Assembly (NCBI GenBank): GCA_907165135.1
Contig: OU015569.1
Location: 3,162,001 to 3,226,000 of the forward strand
Origin: Oikopleura dioica
Lineage: Eukaryota; Animalia; Chordata
DNA: 64,000 nt
Reading direction: 5' to 3'
The translations under genes were made by a program, and so were the position numbers. The notes below the pieces were generated by a model that saw only the letters and a program-made list of their open reading frames with translations, was not told where the DNA came from and did not search any database. Positions 1 to 11,574 of the stretch are shown one piece after another (position 1 is the stretch's first letter; each line of letters starts with the position of its first letter).

Positions 1-28
1 TGCACAATTGAAAGAATCGAAGGTGAAG

Positions 29-1445
29 ATGCATCCTGCTGAAATGTTCACTGAGGACGATTTCAATTTTTTGAAACGAGCCTTTGATGAGAATTCGTAT
101 CCTTCCAAGGAGGATATCGACAGTTTCAGTAAGAAACTTGGCAAAAGTCATACACATATCGGTCAATGGTTCGGTAACAGAAGATATAAGGAAGAAAAAA
201 AATTCAGCGATACCCAAAGAAAGCGACTGAACGAGGAGTTCCAAAGAAGTGACGGAAAGCCATCGATAGAGAGCACGTACAATCTTTCCATGGAACTAAA
301 TTTGACCTGTTTGCAGATCTCTGACTGGCTAGGGTCGGCAACCCAACAAAAAAACTCTTGTTGGGTAGTGGTTTTTGTTTTGTTGGGTTTTTGTTCGTTT
401 TTTTCTGTTGGGTTTTTGTTGGGTTAGGTTTTTGTTGGGTTACTTTTTGTTGGGTTTTGTTTGGTTTTTGTTTGGTAAATTTTTGATTTCGGCAAAATAT
501 GACATGTCTTGAGAACAAATGATCCCGGATAATGAATACTTTTTAAATTCTTTGTTATTTCCCCATAATGAACCAAAAAAATGACCATGCAACTCATCAA
601 AAACATAACAGAAAACACAACAATAACCCGAAAAAAAAACCAAACAAAAACCCTACAAGAAAATTTCTTGTTGGGTAGTGGTTTTTATTTTGTTTGGTTT
701 TTGTTGGGTCATTTTTGTTGGGTTTTGTTGGGTATTTTTTGTTGGGTTGCCGACCCTAGCTGACTGGTTCAAGAGGAAGAATCGATCGTTAGCATTCAGA
801 GCTGAGAAGATTGAGCAAAAAAAGCCGCTGTACATGGAGTACGAAAAAAGTGACGGGTATCCATCGAGAGAGAGCATCAACAGGCTCTGCGTGGAGTTAA
901 ACTTAACGTTTAACCAAGTCTACGAGTGGTTCAATACGAGGAGAAAAAATACCAGGAGGCAAGAGGCAATCAGAGCTGTCCAGTTGGAAAAGCCGAGCTC
1001 TCGCCAAAACGATGCGAATGGCAGTGAAAAAAACATTGGAGTAGTTATCAAATCATCGGAAAATGCTCTTTACGCTCAAGGGACGGCGGAAATTTCCTTA
1101 AGACTTCAGTAAATTAGAATCTAATAGCTTTTTACTCTATCAATAGTGATTTTCCATGAAAAGATAAAAATTCAAAAGCTGCAGAAGGAAATCAAAGCCT
1201 TAAACAAGCCGTCAGAGATAGTGAAGGTAAATTTAATAATTTGATAGCTGAAAAAAATGATTAATTAAGCAGGCCAAGAAGATAAAGACAACAACGACTA
1301 CGAAAGCGACGATTCGGACTACGAAATAATCCAGACACGCTTAACACAAGTGACCTTCCACCCCGACTATAAACAAGTTTACAAAACACCCGAAGGAGAA
1401 TTTTTGCATGTTAAAGAACGCGATCTCGTTTTCGAAGATAAATAA
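29..1445 (+). CDS. Divergent multi-homeobox protein (3 tandem homeodomains), interrupted by a MITE at 329-759; may begin upstream of the window
   Basis: Three helix-3 motifs: IGQWFGNRR, LQISDWFKRK (restored after removing the insertion and one TSD copy) and VYEWFNTRR, each preceded by a YPS/KPS loop. The 3' exons run to TAA at 1443-1445 via a probable GG-AG intron (1081-1163) and a GT-AG intron. Confidence 0.75.
329..759. mobile_element. Non-autonomous DNA transposon (MITE, hAT-like 8-bp TSD)
   Basis: Perfect 25-bp terminal inverted repeat CTAGGGTCGGCAACCCAACAAAAAA / TTTTTTGTTGGGTTGCCGACCCTAG. 8-bp direct repeat CTGACTGG at 321-328 and 760-767. Interior arrays of TTTTGTTGGG and an internal duplication (about 357-395 vs 667-705). 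Confidence 0.92.
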
Positions 1446-1459
1446 ACCTAACTATAAAT

Positions 1460-2962
1460 TTACCTTTGTGAGTGGCAGTGTAATAATCTGGCTTGATCGG
1501 GCAGCAGTTCTGATCCAAAAATACCCAGCTCGCCAGTCGAGTTAAACTTCTGAAACGTCACAGGAGCGCGCAGGTTTTTCAACGTTTTCAAACAATCTGG
1601 ATATTCCTTCGTCATGCATGTCTCGTCGTAGAGGTTGATCAATCCTGAGGTCGAACCGATCGAGAAAATTGTCTCCTGGTCGTTGACTCCTACAAAACAA
1701 GCTCTAGAAAGACGAAAGCAGGAATATAAATTTTACCTAGAGACGTGCATCCCGCCATATCTTGAAAACTGTGAACTGGCTCCATTTTTCGCAGATCGAA
1801 AGTCATCACTTGGCCGCATTCTGACAGCGTCCACATTCTATTCCCGTCTTTTGACATTTTTACATCAACATTCTGTTCTGTGGCGCTTTGCAGCACTCCC
1901 ACGACTTCCTTGTTCTTCTCTGAAAAGGATTTGTAAGTTCACTGATGACCTCTTGCTGAAATCAAGGAAGAGGAGAAGTACTTACTCGAAACGATGTGAA
2001 TAGGTCCATCTCTTGATGTAAAGGCCAGGTATTTGGACTCGTAGCTTGTGTAAAACTGTTCCACGCGATGCTTCCGATCTCTGCCTTTGATGAACGGCGT
2101 TCTAGTTATCGCGCCCGACTCCAAATCATGACTATAAAACCACTGGACATGGGAGGTGGCGAGGCACTCGTTTCTCGAAATAATGCGCGCGCATTTGATG
2201 TGAAAGTTGTCAAGGCGGATCGCTTGTAAAAGCGGGTTTTCACGACCGTCGATCTGAAAATTTACGTTCGAAAATATTTTCAAATCGTAAAAACTCTCTC
2301 AAGGCAAGTTCTAGAGACAATGCATATATGTCTCTCTCTTTCTTTTTCTAACCTTGAACATCGCCAAAGTGTCCGCTTGAGTGAGCATCGCCGCTGGAGC
2401 GTGGGGATGAAAATCAAAGCCAGAAATCGGCAGTCCGCCGAGTCCCCCAATGACGAGCGTTCCTACTTCCTCGATATCGATCTCGCCCTGTGGGAGGACT
2501 CCACGGCGTTTCGAGAAGATCTTCCCACTGAAGTTCTCCTCGTCTTCAGCGACCGGCTTTACGTTGAGCCACGCGCCGCTAAACTCGGCGAATTTCATTT
2601 CTGCCACTTTTTTTCTCTCGACATCATCATCCTCATCGTGCCACACGCAATCTTCTTCATCTTCGTCGACCGTCGGGGGCGTCTGTTCTTGAACTGTTTT
2701 TACTGGCGTTTCCGATGTTTCTTCATTGTCAGAGTCAATCACTTCACTTGATGCAGTGGAAACGACGCTCTGCTTCATTTTCTTCCCAAACAACCTCTCC
2801 ATTAGAGATTCCTCGGACTCGGAGTCTACAATAACGATTATGCCAGTATAAGTACATCTTCCACTTACCAGAATCGGACTTGTTAGCGTTCTGCTCGTCA
2901 TCCTTTCTTTCTTCGTTATTTTTCTTTAGCACAATCGCCGCTTTTCGCTTATTCTTTATCAT
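1460..2962 (-). CDS. UTP18: U3 snoRNP-associated WD40 protein UTP18
   Basis: Spliced ORF MIKNKRK...SESEESLMERLFG...WHDEDD...FHPHAP...IDGRENPLLQ...WD repeats. GT-AG introns join the ORF pieces in frame. Confidence 0.85.
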
Positions 2963-3116
2963 TCTGAAATCCGCAAGGTTGAAGCGTTTTGTGTAATCAT
3001 GAAGAGAGCAGCTTTTTTTAATATTAAGAGGATCAGGCTTTGCAAATCTTTGTAAATCAATGGCTTTTTTAAATAAATATTACGCTGAAGTAGATTCGAT
3101 TTGTGAAGTTGTGGAA

Positions 3117-4011
3117 TTAACGATTCTTCGACTCCTTGTCCACGCTACGAGGAGAAAGAACCTTCTTTCGCTGAAGAAAAAAATGATAACGGTCGCTTTA
3201 GAGACGGGAGGATTACCTGACGGAACATGTGACTGTATAATTGAGGGAAGTAGATTACATACAGCGGAATAATTCCAATTAGAACGTAATAATAGTCGAA
3301 GGAGAGATTCCATGTGTTCGGAAGGCCCCAAGAGTAAAGCTTCGAGCTATGAACCACTGGAAGTGCTCTACAATCAAATTTCAATAGAAACAGGTGTTAG
3401 CAAAGTGGACTGTACTTTGTGATGCAGATGAGCTCGCCAGTAACGCCCATGGGATAGAGTACGATGAAGAGAGTGTATCGAAGGTATGTGAGGATGAAAG
3501 GCGTCATGTTGAGTTGGTTGAAGGCATAATAGCTGAAAACGTTAGGACTTAGATAAGCAACATTTGAATCTTATCGGAAAACCACAGCTCATGATTTAAG
3601 ATCCTACTCTGCTTACGTGTATCTGATAACTTCTGTGACAGTCCAAGCAGCAAGGATTAAAACATATCCCCATGAGTTTTGCGTCTGGGGGACCGGAAAC
3701 AAAACCCCCAAATAAGAAACAATCGGGATGAGACTTGGAAGGCAGTGAGCATCACCGATGACTTGACGAATCCCACAGCTGCGTTGAAAACTTCAAGCAA
3801 GGCAGCTGTCTGGAAAATGAATAACGACTTTTCCGTGGCGCTAAATCAAAATTTTTCCTGCAAAGGAATTTGACGCGAATGCTTACCGGAACAGATGCTT
3901 GACATGGCCGCTGTGATTGTATTCTCTAACTGCAGCCCAGCCGATCGATGCCCAGCCAGCAGCGAGAATGACGTTATATAAGAGTAAATACGCACGATGC
4001 AGCCCGGTCAT
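3117..4011 (-). CDS. HACD: Very-long-chain 3-hydroxyacyl-CoA dehydratase (PTPLA/HACD family)
   Basis: [68 protein letters not shown]; canonical introns. Confidence 0.92.
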
Positions 4012-4326
4012 CTGATAAAGGCAATTTATTCTCTTTACATTTTTACAGTAGAGGTGTGTTCAAGATTCAAATGGCAAGAAGTTCAATTATTTAGGTGTCA
4101 GACTAGAGAGCTAGAACTTGGAAAGAAAGAAAGCGAAGCACGTTTTTCATGCCTTTTTGTTTCCTTTCGGTATTAGGTAAGTCTAAAGGATCATGCGAGC
4201 AGCTGTGTTTTTGTTGAAGAAAATCAGTCGGTGAAGAAGTTTAACAGAATTCGGCTTGAAGAACAAAAAAATTGAAGAAAGTAATTAACAATGCTGTGGT
4301 CTAAAATTGAGTTGTTGAGGTAATCA

Positions 4327-7300
4327 TCAGCTGTTATCATCTCGAGCTTGGGTCTAAAAGGGCGCATTAGAAAAGTATTTGAAAGATGCATTCAAGGGCT
4401 ACCTTAAGTCGGACGAATTCCTTAGCGAGCTCGTCGGTAGCACGCTGAGAAAGAATGCGTAAAATTGTGCAGCCAGTGTCGTCGAACTTTTCCCGCTTGA
4501 CGAGTGTCGCCCAGACAGCACAAGAGCCTGTAATCAATTCATTTTGAACTGAACTTTGAACTGAGCTTGCTTGTACCTTTGTTGAGGACTGGTCCGAGAT
4601 TGATGCTAGTTGATCCAACGAGCTTGTCAATACCCATCACCCACCAGTCTTTGCACGAGATATTGAGCTCGAAGGAGCCGGCTTCTTCCGTGGAAGGGAG
4701 CGTGAAACTGAAGTGTTAATTAACGAGAGGCAGAGAGAGAAAAAGGAGAGGTTACTTGGCAGTTTCGTTGAATTTAGGACTCTTTTGGTTCTTCTTGGCT
4801 TTTGTCGTAAAGACCCGCTTGTAAGGCTTCAATGCTGGTCCCATGATGTTGAGCTCGATATAAGGCCTAGTGTATGGTTAGTTTTTCTACTAGAAAAAGA
4901 AGATGATTACTTAAATGCGGCTTTCCATTTGAGATTCTGAGCGGAGACGACGGTAACACTCAGCGTCTTCTGCTGATTAATTTGACGCAAATCTATTTGA
5001 AGATTAACTTCCCCAAATGACTCCAACTCCTTTGGAATGTCTTTTTGTGTTTCGATAAATCTCTTGATCAGGTTATCTGGGAAAAATGAATTGAAGAAAA
5101 ATAGAAGAAGATGAGATTCTCTTGCAAGTCTAAAAAACTAAAGAGAAGGATTACCTGTGGAGAGCGTGTATAAAGATAGCGCATATTGAAGTGATTTGAG
5201 ATCGTTTGATTTACTCAAGAAGCCCTTCTTGAGGCCCATGTTGTCAGAGTGGAAATAAATCTTCAAATTTTCAATCGCACATTCCATTATCGCGCAGTGT
5301 CTAGGAGTCAGTGTTTTCTCAGTCGCTCCGATTCCGCCAGATATACCGCCTTGTACAACGCTCGCAGCACCCGAAAGGCTTCCAGTCAATGTTCCAGATA
5401 GAGCTGAGCTCTTCAGGTTCGATCCAAACTTGCGCCCGAGCTCTAGTGCACTTTTACCAGCGTTGAGAAGCATGTTCCCAGATGTAGATGGGAGAACGAC
5501 CTGTTTCTCAATCGTGTTCAACAAAATCTTCCATAAAGCTTTAAGCACTCTTTTCAGGACCGTCTTCTCCGCCGATTGCGAAAATAGCTCGAAAGAATCG
5601 TCGAGAGTCGACAGCACAGGGGAGAGAATGTTATCCGTCTCTACCATTACATCTGGATCGGTAGCGGGAGCTTCAGGACCTTTAACTTCGTAAAGCATTT
5701 CGCCCATTTGCTTGACGCCCTCGTTTATTCGAGCGAGGAAGGACTCGCCGAAGATAACTGACAATTCGTCGAGCTTGTTACTGTGCTTGTTTTGCAAGTC
5801 TTTGAGAATCTCTTGAGCAGATGGGGCGAGCGAATCGCCACCCATCATTTCGTACATCTTTTCTAGCTGCACTCGACTTTGCTGGACGTTGTTCATCAAG
5901 ATACATGCCTTTTCTTCGTCCGAGCAGTATTCGCGGAAATCAGCATGGATAAGTCGTACATATTCCATCAAGACATTATCAATCGTCCTCGAAAAGCGCT
6001 GCATGTAACAACCGCGCACTTCTGGATTTGGACAGTCAAGCTTGCGAATGACCTCGAATGATTGATTCATCTGCGTAAAGATATCCACTACCGAACATGA
6101 AAACAATGCCATATCAGTACTTGTCGCAAAGTTCTCCTTTTTATCGCGCTCGTAAGCGCCAGTGAGGAATTTCATCGAAATCGTTTCGTTTTCCTCGAGC
6201 CAGTCCAAAGTGAACGTCTGGAATAATGCCGGATATTCGGGCGTCATGTCGCCGTATGCTGGTAGACTGAGGACGTATTCTTTGAACAACCATTTCACCT
6301 TGAACTGGAGGTTCATGTAATCGGTCGTCGAACAGAGCTTCTGCTCAGCGTGCTCGTCCATTGCCCGGCGGAGATCGTCAATGTACAATTTCCAAAGCTC
6401 GATGGCCGATATTTCGAAAATGCTAAATCCTTCCAAAACATTCATCGAGTTCGAATAAACAGTTTTGTCCTCCTCGATGATGAAGCCGCAGAGAGTGATC
6501 AGCTTCGTCCAAAAATCCAACGATTTTAGACTCGTGTGCCCTTGTTCAACAGGATCCCAAGGAGTTTCATCCCCAAGCTCGCGGGAAAACAATTCGTGAC
6601 AATTAGAAAAGATGTAATTGTAGCTGCCTGCTACGCTTGCTCGCACGCATTCAGCGATGACATCTTTCGGTGGCACTTGATTGGAGAGCTGAAGAACTTC
6701 GGTCTTGAAAACGGATATTTGATTGAGAAGGCCGACGATCGAGCTTAAATCGTGGAGCCGTTGCTTGTCTGAGGCAGGGAAGTTCTCCCGATAGCTAGAG
6801 AGATCAATGCGGAGAGAGTTGTGCACTTGATCCAGGATGCTCTTGAAACGGGAGGAACCGAAGTTGGATGAGTTGAAACGCCTGCAGGGAGATATCTAAA
6901 ACAATTGTTTGACATATCATGATTTTGTTTATGCACTACCTGTGTGAACGAATCAGAAGTATAAAATTTGATAATTTTCTCTAAAAGCCTCGTCATGTAC
7001 CAAGGAACACCAGGCAACATATACTTCGTGGCCAAGCAGCTAAAATGCACCATCTCGGCGTAAATGGGTTCTATTCCGTAACGCACAGCGAATTCAGAGA
7101 CAATTTCGTTTTCCGGCAATTCGAAGAAGCGTTTCACCTCGTTGCCTTCTGGTTCGGGTAGTTTTGGGATGTCTTCATTTTTCGAACAGATGAATATGAA
7201 TAAACTTTCGTGGAGAGCGTTGTACTGGAGATGGTAGGGTGCGACTTTTTCTTCTCCCTTGATTTCACAGTTGATCGTCAGTTTGATCGCTCCTAAGAAT

Positions 7301-10107
7301 CATTGTTGATTGCGAAAAAATGGCAGGAGTTGATTACCTGATACAAGTGACTTTTCCGATCGCTTTTCAAGGTTGTACCAGAGCTCATTATCTCCCGAGA
7401 GCGTGCGCACCTCAATGACAGTCTGTCCGAGAAAGTCATCACTTTCTCTGAACAATTTCGATTTGACCTTGGACTTGATGTCATTGTCCTCGTCCCAAAC
7501 GCGCACTTTAATTCGATCCGTGGAGTTGGAACAGTCAAAGTGGAACTGCTCGTTCCACACTGGATTCAAATTTTTGTGAATTGTCTTTGTTCGTTTTTGG
7601 TTCCTGTTTCCGATTTGAACGGAGACGTATGGATCAGAAGTTCCGGTCTTGTCCTTAGGCGCCAAGCCTTGAGCTTCGTGCACTTTAATCGAAAGCTATT
7701 TTTTGGATTTAAATTCAACAAATGTCTACTAGACAAGTTGGCTGAATCATCATCATTCTCGCGTACTAATAAAATATTAAAATCCATTCCTTTGCACGCC
7801 ACTGGCTTGTTCCATCCAAAATACTTTGCCGCGCCGCGTTCAGCGCTCGCCCATGATCCTCGTCATTGACTCCAAACACCTGCCGTAGGATGTCGAAAAC
7901 GGCAGGGGAGGATTCAACGCGGTTCTCCATCGACTTGTTCATCACGGAAATGATTCTTTGAGTCTGCTCTCCGAGGCTTTCTTTCTTCGAGCTTCGTTCT
8001 GCCGCACGCTGGAGGCAGTCGGCGTTGATCAGATCTTGGCATTTTTCGTGGCAGATCAGTCGGCATTCGCTGCAACGCATTCCCTGAAATAAAAGACAGT
8101 TTATTTTCAAGCGCTAGAATAATAAATCACCTGACGAGCGAGGCCCCAAAGTAGCCCCCTGCATTCCTCGCAGCACACAGGCCGAGGAGCAGTGTAAACT
8201 TCAAAATTATGCGGCGTCGTGTTTGAAATAGGATATATAAGTGCCTTTCCAAGCGTTCTTAAAAATATAAAGAAAAAAATCATTCATTAGCGAAATTGAA
8301 TAATTAATTAGCCCGTTAAAAGGGATGATTAACTAGTAGGTGCACCCAATAATATATTTCTTGGGTCGCATGGCCACAAGGTCCTTAAAAAAGAAGAAGA
8401 GTATTTCACTTTTTCACTTGCTGTGTTGAATAATATATTTGAACACTGTGCCTGTAGTGTTTTCTTATAAACATGCTGTTTCAATTCGTTGTCCTGGAAG
8501 CTGGCACGCGAGTTCAGTAAAGCAGTGGTGATTCCCGTCTTTTGACGATTCATTAGTTCGGCAGTGAGTTCTTGCATCAATGGAATGGAGTTTTTTCGCC
8601 GCACAAGGGTTGTAAAGAGACCAATTTCGGTAATAAGCACGGCGCGTTATTTTTATTTAATTTTGAAACGACACTTGAAAAATTGAAAACGCAGAAGAAA
8701 TTTGAATCAAGAACGTTTACAACCCCGAAAGCAATTTGAAATTGGGCATTGAGTCTATCGAGCTGAGGAAGTTGGAGGCGATGGCTTGGACGCCCCAGCC
8801 GGATTTGCGGATCTTGGGAATGTCGGCACCATTGCCTTCGTTGTCGCTCTCGCGGATCTTCACACGGATCTTGTTTACCGCTTGAATCCAGCGGAACTTG
8901 GCCACGGAAAAGTTTTGGTCGTCCAAGTCGATGCCAGTTATGCTGTCGCGCACAAAGGAGAGCTGAGTGGTGCGCCGCGTCGACCCGCTGTTATCCTCGG
9001 TTCTGTCGGGTCTTTCATCGGATCTAGCACGGTTTATGCTGTGCTCGTTGTTTCGTTCGTTCGTATGTTCTTTTGGCGTAAATGGCACTCGCGAGGAGTC
9101 ATGAGAAGTCTTGATTTCTTCGTTTATTATCTGAGAAGGCAATTTGTGATATTCCTCCAAAGGCGATGCCGGGACGTCCTCCCCAATCAGAGAAGGCTTG
9201 ACAAAACTATTGTCGGTTTCCGATTTCGGATTCGAGAACTGGCGTTTCGGGCTCTTCCTGTTCGAGCAGAGCGCTTGCTCGCTCAGGCGTGATTCAGTTT
9301 CGCTTCCAAAGTTCTCCACGTGTTGATCGCACTCGGCTTTTTCTTCGATGCTTGTTTGGCAAAACTGCTCCTCGTCAGAGTAGAGCTTGTCTTCTGCGAG
9401 CTCATCTTCCTCGTGATAGCACTCGTGGTCCGAATTGTCGAACTCGATCCCGTCGAAGCCGTCAAAGCGCCAGTCGGATTCGAATGACGTCTGGAGAAGG
9501 AGGATTTCTTCCAGCGTCAAATCGGAGCCAGACTCGAACCTAAATAGTTGAAAATCACGCTATTCTCATTAATTGTAATTGATTTGCAATTGATGTGAAT
9601 TATTCAAGGAATAGATAAATAGATTCACCAAGATAACAAAATAAACCATTAATGCATTATTGAAACGTTCCAAGCCAGGATCGTTGATTTAACCCACCTT
9701 GACTCGACGAGCAGCTCATGGCAAGTTAACCGGTGCCCGCGAACTTTCGATGAGCCGACCGCCGTCGGGAGAAGTTCTTCGTACATCTGAAGCCACTTCG
9801 GCCCGCATTTCGGATCTGCGAGCGGCGTCTCTTCCGACGAAGCAGAAATCTCCTCGAAAGGAATACAAGCAGTGCCTAGGATCTTGTCCCAAAGAAAACC
9901 CTTCTCCCAGACTTCCAGTGTCACCATTTTGTCTCCGATCTTGTTGCTCGGGAGTTCAAAGCAAAACTCCTGTTCCCAGGCGGGCTGCTTTCCAGAGCGC
10001 TCGACCGACTGAGCTTTTAAATTATCGACTTTGATGGAGACATAGAAGTTGGAAGAAGTGTTGTCCGGCAGATCAAGGTTACCGCGGTGGATCTTCAAGC
10101 ACTTCAA
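4327..10107 (-). CDS. UNC13: Munc13/Unc-13 synaptic priming protein (C2A, CaM-binding site, C1, C2B, MUN, C2C); first exon not resolved
   Basis: C2A ([20 protein letters not shown]); CaM site [12 protein letters not shown]; KKTLQALIYP; C1 (HNFEV...[15 protein letters not shown]); C2B ([10 protein letters not shown]); MUN ([28 protein letters not shown]); C-terminal ILRILSQR. Confidence 0.95.
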
Positions 10108-11574
10108 GGGGATATATTTTTATATTATAATATTTATAACATAAATTATATAAAAAGATGTTTTTGATTGAGAAAAGAGGCAATTCATATAAATAGAAAA
10201 TTGATTTCTAGCAATTAGTCTTCTATGTCTTCAAAAATTATTAAAAGTGACTAAGGCGGCTAAAAAGGATGCTAATTTTAATAAATCCCCACGCAAAAGT
10301 GCCATGTGGCGTTAGCCGGATTCACTTCAAATCCCATACGTCACATGTTCCATACGTCGGGAGTTGAGCTCTTTTTCGTTGTGCTCCCATTTTGGCTCCA
10401 CGGTCATCTGAATGCGGATAGCGGTTAGTTTTTCTTTTTTTCTAATAAATCTCTAGTAGAAGGCACGATGTCGAGAATATAGTATTATGACCAAGGTTAG
10501 TATTGTGACGCAGGGCGACATCTAGTCTTAGCAAAAACAAAACTCAACCCCGCTCAGCGCCCGATCAATATCCCCGGTGTAATTTTTTAACAATAAATTC
10601 ACAGCCACTTTTATCATATCGATGAGAATCCTAATCGATCGATCTCAGGCCCGCTTCTTCTACTTTATCAGCTTTTCAAAAAATAATTAGAATATCAAAT
10701 ACTAAACTCAAAGAAATAAAACTGGAAAGATGAAGCTCAATTTTTCATTTATTATAGGAATTTTCAACGTGAGTTAAATAGCGAAAAATAATATGGAACT
10801 GACGGATAGTATGTAAGAATACCAGAGAAACAGTTCTTTCAGGAATATAGTATAGTACGTAGGAATATGGAAATTCCAGAAGAAAAAAAAAGTTAGAAGT
10901 CGCATTTGCACTTAGAATTGTGGATCATAGAAGAAGAAAATAAGAAGAAGAATATGAACTATGATATTTAAAATATGAATGAGTTTTTCAGGGAAGAATA
11001 TTGTACATAGGAAAAATAAAAAAGAAGCAAGTTTAAAAAAGCACGTGGTGTTGGATTCAGCAGTCACAGCAGCAGTGTTTGCGAAGAATTTTCGGACGGG
11101 CATGGTAGTGCATTACTGTATTAATATGTTCAGAAATAATGGTGCCAGAGGCAAATGATAAGCGTTCAGGAAGGTCTAGCACCTTTACGATCTTGCTTAG
11201 GCGAAATTGATTTTTTTTTTATTTAGAGATTAGGTAATATCGTTTATTCTGTTTCTTGAAATGACGAAGGAAAGAAAAAAAGGGATCAGGGAGGGTAGGG
11301 AAAGTTACGAACTTCGCGATAGTGAAATTCGGTAATGGTCGTTTTTTTTCTTGAATGACGGAAAAGGAAGGAGGGATTGGGGAGGATTGAAAGAATCATA
11401 TGAAACGTTGCTACAGAAAGGTTTTTGGCTCGAGGTAAGACAAGGTTAATATAATATATTACTGTACATAAATACTGATTATAGAATATGAAAAATCCAT
11501 ATCAGAGAAGGAGTACGCGATAGAGATAGAATACTTAATAGTTAGATACTGTAATTATGAACTTTGAAAAAAAG

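Noticed and set aside
340-750. CRISPR-like or telomeric array (TTTTGTTGGG repeats)
   Set aside because: Irregular subterminal repeats inside a TIR/TSD-bounded MITE; eukaryotic context and no unique spacers.
4140-4200. SL RNA gene (TTAG|GTAAGT on the + strand)
   Set aside because: The upstream sequence does not resemble the Oikopleura leader as I recall it, and I saw no linked 5S rRNA gene.
6887-6940. Apparent out-of-phase acceptor in UNC13 (CTGCAG)
   Set aside because: The upstream TTTTAG gives a canonical in-frame intron (TQ|ISPCRRF) that aligns with Munc13.
11250-11410. Diverged tandem duplication in the RALGAPA 3' region
   Set aside because: Low-complexity purine-rich similarity with no evident function.
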